DNA of 64,000 nucleotides, from contig OX597834.1 in assembly GCA_951406725.2 (NCBI GenBank), forward strand, positions 37,138,001-37,202,000, in the 5' to 3' direction. A program made the position numbers and the translations under genes. The stretch is from Octopus vulgaris. Lineage: Eukaryota. Shown here one piece after another: positions 1 to 14,167 of this stretch. Within the stretch, counting starts at the first letter, position 1; every line of letters starts with the position of its first letter. Below the pieces are notes generated by a model. The model was given only the letters and a program-made list of their open reading frames with translations, searched no databases and was not told the DNA's origin.

Positions 1-231
1 TCTTTCTAGCTGTCTATCTCCATTGTCATGGAACCTCACCTCTAAACACCCACCCACAAAAAAAACACCTGTTTCATATAAATATACAAGCTGTTTGTAC
101 ATTCACAAAATTTTATTTGACAAGTTCGAGAACCGAACGAAAGCGTTAGTTATAATGAATAAATGAAAAGATTTATTTTCAAAAATTCTGGCGACCTTTT
201 TTCTCAATATTCAATATCTGTACACCACACC

Positions 232-320
<89 letters not shown>

Positions 321-751
321 CTCTCTCTTTCTCTCTCTCTAACTCAAAATCACATGCACACAAGCATGTATTTGTGTGTCGGATCTTTCCAGAGACCAGG
401 ATTGGTGAATTGATAGTTTAATTATCAATAATTATATTCAATTTAGACTAATTCAAAACGAGAGGCATTAATTACGACACGCTAATTATGGAGGTAGTTT
501 CTCATTGTTGTTCATACCATGTCTTATTAGTACACTTCATACTAACGAGACCGATTCAACGTGATTACCTGAATTGCTAAAATTAGGAGCCAAATCTCGA
601 CCGAATAACATGATATTGTGTCGAAAAGGTCCTATTCTGATAGTTTGTCAAGCATTATGCTTAAAAAAATATAATTGGAAAGCCTTTGATTATAGGTCAG
701 TTGAACCTGAGCTAATTCCAGATAAACGCAAAGTTAACTGGACTCATTATA

Positions 752-806
<55 letters not shown>

Positions 807-809
<3 letters not shown>

Positions 810-1119
810 TCTTTTACTCTTTTACTTGTTTCAGTCATTTGACTGCGGCCATGCTGGAGCACCGCCTTTAGTCGAACAAATCGACCCCGGGACTTATTCT
901 TGTAAGCCCAGTACTTATTCTATCGGTCTCTTTTGCCTAACCGCTAAGTGACAGGGATGTAAACACACCAGCATCGGTTGTCAAGCAATGTTTTCGTTTC
1001 TCATTGTGTTCGACGTTTTTTTTTTGGTGTCCTGTACCCATATATGCATGTATATATACATGTAGAGGTAGGTACGTACATATATGTATGTATATAAGCA
1101 TATGTTTTATTTATTAATT

Positions 1120-1158
<39 letters not shown>

Positions 1159-1319
1159 CGACAGGCTTCTTTCAGTTTCCGTCTACCAAATCCACTCACA
1201 AGGCATTGGTCGGCCCGGGGCTATAGCAGAAGACACTTGCCCAAGATGCCACGCAGTGGGACTGAACCCGGAACCATGTGGTTGGTTAGCAAGCTACTTG
1301 CCACACAGCCACTCCTGCG

Positions 1320-1320
<1 letters not shown>
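807..1320 (-). mobile_element. SINE of the same family, interrupted by another repeat (~991-1125)
   Basis: Tail at 807-990 and head at 1155-1320 are reverse complements of the SINE consensus seen elsewhere in the window. Confidence 0.8.
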
Positions 1321-1356
<36 letters not shown>

Positions 1357-1357
<1 letters not shown>

Positions 1358-1612
1358 ACAATTGTAGCGTGGAAGGTGTTTGTAAGCCATTTAAGAAACA
1401 CACAAAAGCCGTTCGATTCGACCTTTTGTCAGTGAACAGGTCGCGGTCTTAAAGCGACGAAAATATTTTGTCAAATTAAATTTAAATGTTGAAGTGAATC
1501 GAACGGTTTTGTGTGTTTCTTAAATAGCTTACAAACACCTTCCACGCTGCAATTGTTTTTGTTTCGGCACACGATCTCAGATCAAATCACTTGCTATGCA
1601 AGTACATCTCCT
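1357..1612. mobile_element. Small element with an internal inverted duplication (pLTR-like); second copy at 55435-55628
   Basis: 1357-1420 is inverted at 1496-1557, and 1424-1612 matches the reverse complement of 55437-55626. Confidence 0.65.
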
Positions 1613-1888
1613 ATATATATTTAGTAAATAAGAAATAAGCCGCCAACACCACCACTACAACCCGCTGAACGCATTTTATTTCTTCGCTGCCAGTTCACCT
1701 TACATTTCAAATCAATTCAGTACTGCACCAAAATATACTGACGTCTTCCGTACGCGTACACAAACATAGGGATGCATACACCCGTACGCGAGAGCAATTT
1801 GCAGATATTGCACCTACAGTTAGATACGCAAAAAAACAAAAACATGGTTATGTAATGTTTCGGAAAATGTTCAGATGTGATGGCAGTG

Positions 1889-1959
<71 letters not shown>

Positions 1960-1963
<4 letters not shown>

Positions 1964-2363
1964 TAGTAAAAAGTGAAAAAACTACAGAAGGCTTGTTTTA
2001 AAAGGTTAAAAAATATATATTTGGGTCATTAGGTCTAAAGAATGTTATAAATTTTTTTCATACAATGACATAGTTTTTGAAGAAATGACCGGTTTCGCGT
2101 TCAGCTTTTCAAATTTATTACATCGTTATGTTTACGTTGAGAAGTGTGAAGGGGAGTGAAGGAGTGTTCTAGATAAGGGGAGGTAATAAGTGATTTCTTC
2201 CGGTGTAAGGGAGATAATCGCTTAATATTTCTTGCCTTTTTTTGGAGTGAGTTTCTCTGTATAAGAATGTTGGAATGGTTAAGTTTGGGCTTGTATTTTT
2301 CAATGAAGAATGTTTCCTTGTTTAGTCTAATTTGTGTTGGTGTTCCGATAGCACATTGGTAAA

Positions 2364-2365
<2 letters not shown>
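1960..2365 (-). mobile_element. PLE 3' end remnant
   Basis: Minus frame FYQC..QIRLNKETFFIEKYKPKLN (GIY-YIG C-terminus). Decayed hammerhead-like ..cgc-GAAA-ccgg-TC-att at ~2084-2115. Confidence 0.5.
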
Positions 2366-2399
<34 letters not shown>

Positions 2400-2694
2400 T
2401 ATAAGCGAGGGCTAAAGAAGATTATTCTAAAGCCAATATACTGATTATCCACTTATAATCCACTTGTTACAGGAAAATTGAACTGACGGTTAGTAAGGAG
2501 AGACACAAATAAGAAAGAAGAAAACAAAAAACAAAGGACCACTGATGCGGTCACAGGAGTGTGACGAAAGAACTCTGGCCGAAATAAGATTAAGGTTAAT
2601 GTAAAAAATAAATAACACTGAAGCAAAGTAACACCAAATATATAGTGCGTGTGATTTTATTGGCTAAACTGGCAAAATGACCATTCCGAAATAT

Positions 2695-2742
<48 letters not shown>

Positions 2743-2799
2743 CAATCTTACTTAGAAATGGATGCGTGCGTTCCGTCATATAATAAATTAATAAATAAA

Positions 2800-3145
2800 A
2801 CATATGCTTACATACATACATATATGTACGTACCTACCTCCACATGTATATATACATGCATATATGAGTACAGGACACCAAAAAAACGCCGAACACAATG
2901 AGAAACGAAAACATAAACACAAAACCAGGGAACTGGACATTTCGAAACGCAGAGTAGATGAAACCATGGCGACTGAAGAAGGGGAATTTTCCTTGTGTTA
3001 TTTGTCCTGTACTCTGTTTTTTCGTTGTTTAAGAAAAATGTCCATTTCCTTGGTTTTGTGTTTATGTTTTCGTTTCTCATTGTGTTCGGCGTTATTTTGG
3101 TGTCCTGTAACCATATATGCATGTATATATACATGTAGATGTAGG
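2800..3145. repeat. Inverted-repeat element; related copies at ~991-1125 and ~30000-30250
   Basis: ~2835-2940 is the reverse complement of ~3038-3145. Confidence 0.7.
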
Positions 3146-3147
3146 TA

Positions 3148-3553
3148 CAGGAGTGGCTGTGTGGTAAGTAGCTTGTTTACCAACCACACGGTTCCGGGTT
3201 CAGTCCCACTGCGTGGCACCTTGGGCAAGTGTCTTCTACTATAGCCTCGGGCCGACCAAAGCCTTGTGAGTGGATTTGGTGGACGGAAAACTGAAAGAAG
3301 CCCGTCGTATATATGCGTATATATATATGCGTGTTTGTGTGTTTGCGTGTCTGTGTCTGTTCCCTTAGCATTGCTTGACAACCGATGCTGGTGTGTTTAT
3401 GTCCCCGTTACTTAGCGGTTCGGCAAAAGAGACCGATAGAGTAAGTACTGGGCTTACAAAAGAATAAGTCCCGGGGTCGATTTGCTCGATTAAAAAAGGC
3501 GGTGCTCCAGCATGGCCGTAGTCATATGACTGAAACAAGTAAAAGAGTAAAGA

Positions 3554-3555
<2 letters not shown>
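3148..3555 (+). mobile_element. tRNA-derived SINE, full length
   Basis: Head ggagtggctgtgtggtaag..gggttcagtccc, CORE-like ccttgggcaagt, and shared tail ggcggtgctccagcatggcc. Many copies in the window. Confidence 0.85.
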
Positions 3556-3585
<30 letters not shown>

Positions 3586-3640
3586 TCTTTATTCTTTTAC
3601 TTGTTTCAGTCATATGACTGCGGCCATGCTGGAGCACCGC

Positions 3641-3681
<41 letters not shown>

Positions 3682-4520
3682 CAACCAATACGGGTGAGAA
3701 ATTTTTATACTAATTTAATAGTACATCCATTTAACACCTAGTGGCTTAGTGCATATAAGAAACCCGGATTTTCATACATTTTATATATAAATATAAGAGA
3801 GCGACCACTATGTGGTCTACTCTAGCACTAGAAATAGATCCATTGGGTTTCAGCCACATGAAAAATGTCTCCGGATGCATGTATAGGCATGTGTTTCAAA
3901 AGCTGCTGTTTCTAGATTTCCCCTTCCTTCTGTAAACGACCGAAAATGAAAGTAATCCCCCATTATAATAACAACGAGGACAGATTTCTAAAGTTAACAC
4001 ACCCACGAGCGTACACAAGCACAAACACATGCATACCCTTATATATACTAATAATACATAATAGTGCGTAATGTCTTTTTTTTTTCAAATTAATCCTCAA
4101 GTTTTTGGTATTATCAGCCCTTCCCACTTTTTGCTCGCCTCATTCAGAGCCTCTGCTGATAGCAATCCACGAAAAGGTGCATTGCTATGTATTAAGAATA
4201 TATATACATACATACATACATACATACATACATACATACATACATACATACATACGTACATAAGTACATACATACATACATACATACATACATACATACA
4301 AACATACATACATACATACATACATACATACATGCATGCATACATATATACATACATACATGCATACATACATACATACATACATACATACATACATACA
4401 TACATACATACATACATACATACATACAAACATACATACATACATACATACATACAAACATACATACATACATACATACATACATACATACATACATACA
4501 AACATTCATACATACATACA

Positions 4521-4591
<71 letters not shown>

Positions 4592-4713
4592 ATGCACGTA
4601 TGTGTGGCTGTATGTTTGTGTTTGTTTACATCGACCGATACGTGGACAGAAGGTAAGACATAATATTCTTCTTCTCCTTCATCTCCTTCTTCTCCTTCTT
4701 CTTCTTTTTTTAT

Positions 4714-4752
<39 letters not shown>

Positions 4753-5115
4753 CTCTTCCTCCTCCTCCTCCTCCTCTTCTTCTTCTTCTTCTTCTTCTTC
4801 TACTACTACTTCTTCTTCTCCTTCTTCTTCTTCTACTACTACTTCTTCTTCTCCTTCTTCTTCTACTACTACTTCTTCTTCTTTTTCTTTTTCTTCTTCT
4901 CCTCCTCCTTCTTCTTGCATAATTGCTTTATTTATTTATTTATTTATTTATTTATGTATTACTTGTGTTATACAGAGTTTCGACCTCCCCCCGGTCCACG
5001 GTCTCGTTTTCCAATCTCACCAGGCTTAAATTGAGATTTCATCTGTCCGTGGGTCACCCAAACTAAATAACAGTGAGTTATCTGGGGTTGATATAAACCC
5101 TACCAGATATTCCCC

Positions 5116-5150
<35 letters not shown>

Positions 5151-5600
5151 CCTCTCTCTTGCACAAATAAATCAGAGTTGTAACTTATAGTGTTGGCTCT
5201 AGCTTCTATAAAAAAAACCCTGTTGAGATAAACTTTCGAAAGTGACAGAAGACCACTATCAACACAGGTAAAACATAGTATTAATTTACAAGCCTTTAAT
5301 ACAGGCTTTTTTCTCTCCTTATTTTTACAAAATATTTTATATTCTATATACGTTCATACGTTTGTGAAATATGTTTACACGTGTTTGTGCGCTCCTGTGT
5401 GTGTATTTCGATACTTTAATTTTTTAAAGATGTATTCTTCCTATACCTGAGATAAGGCAGAAGGTGAAACTAATAGTTGTAGTGTTACTAAAAGATAATC
5501 CAGTTGTTTAATAAAAATATTAGTTTCTACAATTTAATAACCAAATGTTTTTTGCTAAAACTACATTAATTCCTTGTATGCACTTACATTCATACCGTGT

Positions 5601-5719
<119 letters not shown>

Positions 5720-5729
5720 CAACAACAAC

Positions 5730-5790
<61 letters not shown>

Positions 5791-5810
5791 TTAATAATAA
5801 TAATAATAAT

Positions 5811-6025
5811 AAGTGCAAAAGATTGTCTTAACTGGTACATCACACGTATTGAGAAGAGCATTGTCGATGTGAGAACTGTTGCTGCTCATGTATTTTAATT
5901 TAAAATGAACGAAGTATTGAGTTTGGTTTAATGGCCTACCAATGTATACTATGAGTTTCTTTGCCCTAGGAGTCGGGAAGACACTCGGCAAGAAATGGAA
6001 GCAAATTCGAAAGAAGAAGAAAAAA
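5811..6025 (+). mobile_element. 5'-truncated 3' end of the same Dong-like family, inside an (AAT)n/(AAC)n array
   Basis: Near-identical to the reverse complement of 55730-55966 (VQKIVLTGTSHVLRRALSM plus 3' UTR). Confidence 0.85.
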
Positions 6026-6124
6026 TAATAATAATAATAATAATAATAAATATATATATATGTACATATGTGTATATGAATATATATAAATATGTATGTA
6101 TGTATAGGTATATATAAATATGTT

Positions 6125-6162
<38 letters not shown>

Positions 6163-8327
6163 CAGGTGGTTATGCAGATATTTACATAAAGTGGATATAT
6201 ATGTAAATATATTAATATGCTCATGTATGTATGTGTATATACTTATATATATATACGTTAAAATATATTTTGTATATATATATAGTTGCATACAAACGCA
6301 CACATGTATGCACATACGATTATATTAATATTTATGATATAAAAAAATCAAAGAAAATAAAGGAACTTATATTGATTATGTTGCAGACGTACACAAACAC
6401 TCATACAAATATTTACACATATACATACATACACATATATAGACAGACCCATCTACAGAAAAAGATCTTGTGCGATGGTCAGTGTTTTCAAATAGAAAAA
6501 GGAAATAAGCAACAAAAGAAAAAGCAAAAGTTCTTCTCTATAACTAGGTGTTTAGCCAGAAGACAGAGGATTGAATATCGGGTTTTCACGTGAAAAAAAA
6601 ATCTAACTATTCTATAACATCAATAGAAAACATTATATCTCGCGTCGTGTGTCATACTATCTCCTACCCCTGCCAATATAGTAAATATTTGGTCATACAG
6701 ATATTCTATTATGAATATATGAATATAGCGATATTTCGATTCAATATTTTGATATCTGACCACCAAAAACAAGATGGAAGACATCTCAGTTTGTTTATTT
6801 TATTTTATTTTAATTAAATAGTAAAAGGAACAGAGAAACGTATTTGTAACCTCTTTGCTACCTCATCTAGATTCGTGATATTGATGTTGTTGATTTACAG
6901 GCTGTTTGAGGGTCTGCGAGTTAAGGAATGGTAATTCCACAGAAAGGAATTAACGGAAATATTGCTGTTCAGGCGTGCAAATTCTAGGTTACGTTTGGAT
7001 AACTTTCTTCTTTAATCTGTCAAACACGCCATTGTGGTTGCTACATGAAAGGAGTAGTGATTGATCGTTTCATCAGCGTAGGAGTATATTGTTAGTTCTG
7101 TTGCTGTTGTTGTTGATGCTGATGTTGTGAGGCCCCAGGTCATCCTTAATCAAGAAGATATATTACCAAAGACACTAAATTCCATTCGCAATGTCGACCT
7201 AAAAGGATACAATAAAACACGTTTGACAAAGTGCCGTGCAGCGGAATTGAAACCACAGACATGGAGTTGCAAAGTGAGCTTCACTATACAATCTGAGTCC
7301 GTGCCTTTGGACGTTGAAAATGTGTGTGTGGTGTGTGTGTCTGTGTGTATTTGCGTGTGTGGTGTGTGTGTCTGTGTGTGTGTGTATTTGTGTGTGCGTT
7401 GTGTATGTGGTGTGTGTTTGTGCTTGTGTGTGTGTGTGTGTTTGTCCCTCATCATCGCTTGACAACCGATGCTGGTGTGTTAACATCCTCGTAACATAGC
7501 GGTTCGGCAAAAGGGACCAACAGAATAAGTACTAGGCTTACAAAAAATAAGTCGCTAGGGTCGATTTGCTCGACTAAAGGCGGTGCTCCAGCATGGCCGC
7601 AGCCAAATGACTGAAACAAGTAAAAGAATAAAAGAATGTATGTATATGTATATATTTGTAACTACGTATATATGTATGTGTTCATATGTATGTATGTGTG
7701 TATTTGTGTAATATATGTATGTACATATGTATGTGTGTGTATATGTATGTATTTGTGTATGTATGCATGTATGTGTGTATATATGTATGAATATATGTAT
7801 GCACGCATATATGCATCTATGTATGAGTGTTATGTATGTATGTGGGTATATATGTATGTATGTATGTATGTATGTGTGTATATATGTATTTATGTGCGTA
7901 TATATGTATGTGTGTATGTGTGTGTGTGTATGTATGTATGTGCGTATGTATGTGTGTGTATGTTTGTATATGTGTATGTATATGCATCTCTGGTTGAGTG
8001 CTTCCAGATCAATGTCAATTCTTGCTTATTATATTTGAATGAAATATGTTTTATTTATTTAATATTTATACTTTATATTCATTTTATATTTTGTTTATTT
8101 TATATGTATTTATTCATCAATTTATATCGTTAAAGGTATTTTTAAAAAAAATTATTTCTCTATTTTTTTTTTTCTTAATTAGATGGCTTTAGATTCTGTT
8201 TCACAATCACGCTTTTGCTTTTGTTTCCAATAGTTTAAATTAAATTTATCTTTATTTTTATTTTTTTTATTCCTGTTGTTTAATTGGATTTAGTATATAT
8301 TCTCTTTTTGTCTCACCGTCTCATACA

Positions 8328-8368
<41 letters not shown>

Positions 8369-8405
8369 TTAAATGCATGCAACAAATTCATATGTATAAT
8401 AGATG

Positions 8406-8469
<64 letters not shown>

Positions 8470-8519
8470 TACATATACACATATAATCATGTATACGTAA
8501 ATACATTTATACATACATA

Positions 8520-8636
<117 letters not shown>

Positions 8637-8641
8637 AATAC

Positions 8642-8685
<44 letters not shown>

Positions 8686-8690
8686 AATAC

Positions 8691-8744
<54 letters not shown>

Positions 8745-8983
8745 ATATAATATGATATAATATAATATGATATAATATAATATCTATATGTGTGTTTATC
8801 TGAAAAATATAGTTTAAAAAAAATTTTTTTAATAGTTTTAAATATCACCACTAACCTCAAAAATATTAACTCAGCCCAATTAATAACTAGGCAGCGTATA
8901 ATATGTTTATTTCTAAAAGCTGAATATAAAAATTGATTATTCGACTACCAAAGATTTCGTTTTGTAATGTTTCAAAGTAACAC

Positions 8984-9014
<31 letters not shown>

Positions 9015-9163
9015 TGTATGTATGTATCTATGTATGTATGTATGTACGTGTGTGTCTGTGTGTATGTGTGTGTGTGTATGTATGTACGTATGTATACAGG
9101 TGTGTATGTTCTTTTCTAATTTCAATTACTAGAATTTTTCCTCCGAAGAAGGAGTTAGTTTCT

Positions 9164-9545
9164 GGAGGCGCAATGGCCCAGTGGTTAGGGCAGCGGGCTC
9201 GCGGTCGTAGGATCGCTGTTTCGATTCCCAGACCGGGCGTTGTGAGTGTTTATTGAGCGAAAACACCTAAAGCTCCACGAGGCTCCGGCAGGGGACGGTG
9301 GTGATCCCTGCTGTACTCTTTCACCACAACTTTCTCTCACTCTTACTTCCTGTTTCTGTTGTACCTGTATTTCAAAGGACCGGCCTTGTCACTCTCTGTG
9401 TCACGCTGAATATCCCCGAGAACTGCGTTAAGGGTACACGTGTCTGTGGAGTGCTCAGCCACTTACACGTTAATTTCATGAGCAGGCTGTTCCGTTGATC
9501 GGATCAACCGGAACCCTCGTCGTCATAACCGACGGAGTGCTTCCA
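9164..9545 (+). mobile_element. Second tRNA-derived SINE family (also 14968-15270 +; related tail at 49085-49395 -)
   Basis: A box tggcccagtgg, B box gtttcgattcc, and shared body gagcgaaaacacctaaagctccacg..ctttcNccacaactttctctcactctt. Confidence 0.75.
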
Positions 9546-10217
9546 GTTTCTGATACAAACCTAGATCGTCGGAGTGTACGAGATAAAAATTTAAAAAGAA
9601 AAATCAGAATGAAATTCTTACTTAAGAAAAGTTTTTTTTCATATTTTTACATTTCCGCTTACAGATTATATTTAATACATAAATAAAACATATGTATGTA
9701 TGATGTGTATATGAATATGCATTTATGTGTGAATGATGTGCGTGTGTATGATATGTGTATGTATATGTGTGTGTGTGTTTCGTAGAATTTAAATCTGGTG
9801 GAGAATGAACCTCGACTCTAATTAGTTTACAGGTTATACATAATGCGTACATGTGTGTCTGTGTGTTTGTATGTGTGTGTTTGTGTGTGTATCTGTGGTG
9901 GTGATGGTGGTGGTGGTGGTGGTGGTTGTAGTGGTGATGGTAGTAGTGGTGATGATAGTGTTGGTGGTGGTGGGGATGGTGGTGGTGGTGGTGGTGGTGA
10001 TGGTGGAACGTTTGAGTATATGCACATGTGTAAGGAGATATGGAGCTTATATATATATATATATAGATATATAGATATATATGTACATATATCACGTGAT
10101 CACGTGACCGACCAGGCTATCAGATGTTGCTATACATCGCTGGTCACAATGCGCTCCGCGTTGTTTTAGCCTTCAAATGACGCCACCTCGCTGGCTAAGC
10201 GAGCAGGCCAATATATA

Positions 10218-10265
<48 letters not shown>

Positions 10266-10669
10266 TTCATACATATGCTACGTGTTTGTATATAAATATA
10301 CACACGTATGTTCCTCGATATTGGGCTAAAATTACTCATTATCTTTACAAAGAAGACTAAACTGTTTTGGTGTATACAGATGTGTTTATTGTTTTCTTTT
10401 ATAGCACAAAGGATGCTTCTTCATAATCCAGAGATTAGCTTCATGCAGGACTGGTTATGCCCAGAAGAGATTTATTTACTAACGGGAGCCATTCGCTTGT
10501 TTTCTCGAAGAAATTCTCCCATACGATAAGACAGACTGTCTTGTCTTTTCACATATTCAACAATCCTCAATTTCCTGCGCGCGCACTCGCAGACACATAA
10601 ACATACACGCATATCACACACAAACGCACACACATACAGACACATACACAAACGCACACACACGCAAAC

Positions 10670-10700
<31 letters not shown>

Positions 10701-11884
10701 AACACACAGACACACACACAAACACACACAAACACACACAAAAACACACACACTCACACACAAGCACACAAACACACACATACACGCACACAAACACACA
10801 CAAACACACACAAAAACACACACACACACTCACACACAAGCACACAAACACACACATACACGCACACAAACACACACACACACATAAACACACACACACA
10901 CGCACAAACACACACACACAGAGGCGTTTTTTTTTCTCACAATGTCAAATCTAAATAGTGTCGATGATGATGACGATGATGATGATGATGCTGGTGGTAA
11001 TGTTTTTTTTACTTGTCATAGGGGCACAGATGAGGTGACATTACAGGGACAGTTTAGGTATTTTGAGAGGAAAATGATGGAAAGATGAGAGAGAAGAAGG
11101 TGGGGAAAATGGTGACATGAGATAAAAATATACGTGTTATACAGAGTATGTATACACATGAATGTTGCAATCGTCCTGATACAAGAGAAACTCCAGCTAG
11201 GACCAGTCAATGAACCCCACAAATCCAGGATTAACCTGACCCCCAGAAACACGAGTCCTCGCCTTTTGTTGTTACCCAATCTACAGGCGCATACATAGAG
11301 CAGGTTCATTCACTCTAACCATTTTTTATTTGTCACAGTCACCCGCTGTTTACGAATTTACTGAGAGAAATCAGTTCTTCTTAGGCAGAAGCTTTTGAAA
11401 GTTGATGAGTGGAACTTGTATACTTGCATCGGCATGGTCACTACACGAAATAGCCGAAAGCAAATAACATCTCAAAAGCTGGAAATAAAATTCCGCAAGA
11501 AAAAGATGTTTTAAAGAAAATCAACACAAAGATTATTGTTAGATAAGGTGTATTTTCTTTAGGTACGATATCTCAGCGGAATATGCGCGTTAAATGAGGT
11601 CAGCACAATGTCTAATAAAGACGAATAAAGCAGCATAGTTAACTGAATGTTAATTACGTGTACGTTTTAATGTTTATAATAGCTACACATAATGTTTATA
11701 CAACAAATACACTCAAAAATGTTACAGAAACAAAAAACAAAACGATATTCTTAACATGAAGAAAAACAGAAAAACCCGAATAATTTCGATGTAAGTTTTA
11801 AAACATCTGCCTGCTCTCTCCTAAAGCGAAAAAGAAATCAACCAGTTATGCCCAGAGATTAGACTATGACCAGACAGACAGAAC

Positions 11885-12467
<583 letters not shown>

Positions 12468-12469
<2 letters not shown>

Positions 12470-12665
12470 GTCCGGCAAGTATGGCGTTTCCCATTTAAAT
12501 TACTCCAGCCTTTCGAATGTCATCCTCGCTTTATGTGGCCGAGCATTATCCTGTTGGAAGAACACCTTTCGTCTTGAAAGCAAAGATGGTCGTTTTTCTT
12601 CAAGCATTGACTTCAGCTGCTCAAGCTGTTTGCAGTACATCTCCTTTGTTATTGTCTCAGAAACC
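12468..12665 (-). pseudogene. mariner transposase fragment
   Basis: ETITKEMYCKQLEQL..KRP..VFFQQDNARPH..W..PYLPD (DNARPH and YSPD-like motifs). Confidence 0.8.
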
Positions 12666-12975
12666 AGAAAACAGGGCCGATAGTTCAATATGACTCGGGG
12701 AATGAGCTTTATTTGTTTCTTTAATATCAAGTTTTGTTATAATTCATTTTCCTTTACTTTACTCTCTCTCTCTCTCTCTTTCTGTTTCTCTTTCCAGTAT
12801 CTGACGACACCAAAGCTAAGGCGGATATTTTCACATAAAACTCACAATCCGCTATTAGAGAAGAAGAAAAAGACGTTAAGCAGTTTGTTCTTTTTTGCCT
12901 TTCATTTCCTACAAATTTCCTCGTTGTCTTTCTTCGTTTCTCTTTAAACCACTTTCTGCATCACTTCCACTCTCT
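12655..12975 (+). promoter_or_regulatory. Non-coding block conserved upstream of both GPCR paralogs (candidate promoter/5' UTR)
   Basis: Clear similarity to the reverse complement of ~47115-47420, e.g. ttccagtatctgaNgacaccaaagctNaggcgga and tttcttcgtttctctttaaaccactttctgcatc. Confidence 0.55.
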
Positions 12976-13399
12976 CTCTCTCTCTTTCTCTCTCTTTCTT
13001 TCTCTCTCTCTCTTTCACATTCCCAGTCTGTGCCTCTATTTTCCTCTTCTTCTCTCTCTTTTTCACATATCTTGTCTGTGTCTCTATTTCTATATTCCTC
13101 TCTTCCTCTCCCTCTCTCTCTGTCTTTGTATCTCTATCTCACAATTCGTCATTCTCTTTCCCTCCCATAAACTAAGTGTCTTTCTCTCACACTGTCTGCA
13201 CTCTTTCTCTCCTCTCCAACTAACACTACCTTTGTCTCACTCATACCCCATCATTCTTTCCCTTTCATTCACACATCTCTGCAACACTGTCTGATTATTC
13301 CTCACCCTTTCTCTCTCAAAAATAAAATTCTAAAGCTTACGAAAAAAAAAAAAGAAAAAAAGAGACAGTGATAATTCTCCTACTTTTCCCACCGCCAAG

Positions 13400-14167
13400 A
13401 TGAACGACAGCGAGTTAAGCGATTTTGGAGGACTTGACTCTAACTCAACCGCCACACGTAATTTGGTAAGCCTAAATGAATGGCACAAGACTGTTATATC
13501 TCAATTGTCCCCAGAAGCCCAGACTTTTCTGATGGTTCTTTACAGTTTGACAACATTCACTTCAGTACTTGGTAATATATTATCAATAATAGTCTTCGCC
13601 AAAGGCAAGAAATGTAAAACGGACATCAAACCTTTTCTTCTCAATTTGGCCGTTTCTGATCTTATCATGGCATTATTCTGTATTCCATTCACCTTAATGG
13701 TGGTGCTTTTTCACATATGGTTTTTATCCCCGGCCATGTGCACCCTGGTTTTGTTCCTTCAGGTATTTTCTGTAACCATGAGTTCCTTCACGAATATGGC
13801 GATTGGTGTCGATCGACTTATCGCTGTTTTGTTCCCGCTTAAAATTCGCATAACGTCGTCTCGATCCAGCTGCATGATCGCCCTCATCTGGTTGTTCTCG
13901 GTGGCACTAGCTTCCGCAGAGTTATTTGTGGCCAGAGTTGCGGAAGCTTACCTCGAAGGAGACATCGTTCTGGTATGCGGCGAGATCTGGGAAAAAGCGT
14001 CACATGGTTCGATTTACTGGTGGATGAACATCGTTTTTGTTTGTTTCATTCCTTTTATTGTTTTAATGGTGACTTACTCAATACTTGCTAATGTCTTGTG
14101 GAAGAGGAGAGCACCAGGAAATGCAGACACGAGCAGAGACCAGCTGGCCTTAAGAGCCAAAAGAAAG
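13400..14167 (+). CDS. GPCR A exon 1 (TM1-TM5), rhodopsin-class neuropeptide receptor-like (tachykinin/RYamide/NPY-receptor-like)
   Basis: ORF with GN in TM1, NLAVSD in TM2, TM3 Cys and AIGVDRL (DRY-like), W in TM4, ECL2 Cys and FIPF..M..Y in TM5. It ends KRK followed by the donor GTGAGA at 14168 (phase 0). Confidence 0.93.

Noticed and set aside
4071-4922. Long ORFs with YIHT, poly-L or poly-E runs (also 5520-5898, 7636-8133, 12116-12494, 21205-21786, 29715-30176 and others)
   Set aside because: Translations of stop-free microsatellites, with no coding signature.
9164-9240. tRNA gene
   Set aside because: It is a SINE head: no complete cloverleaf, and it continues into a repeated SINE body.
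12797-12838. CTGACGA/CTGAAGA in the conserved upstream block, resembling a hammerhead core
   Set aside because: GAAA is replaced by GATA/GACA, stem II is imperfect and there is no stem III.
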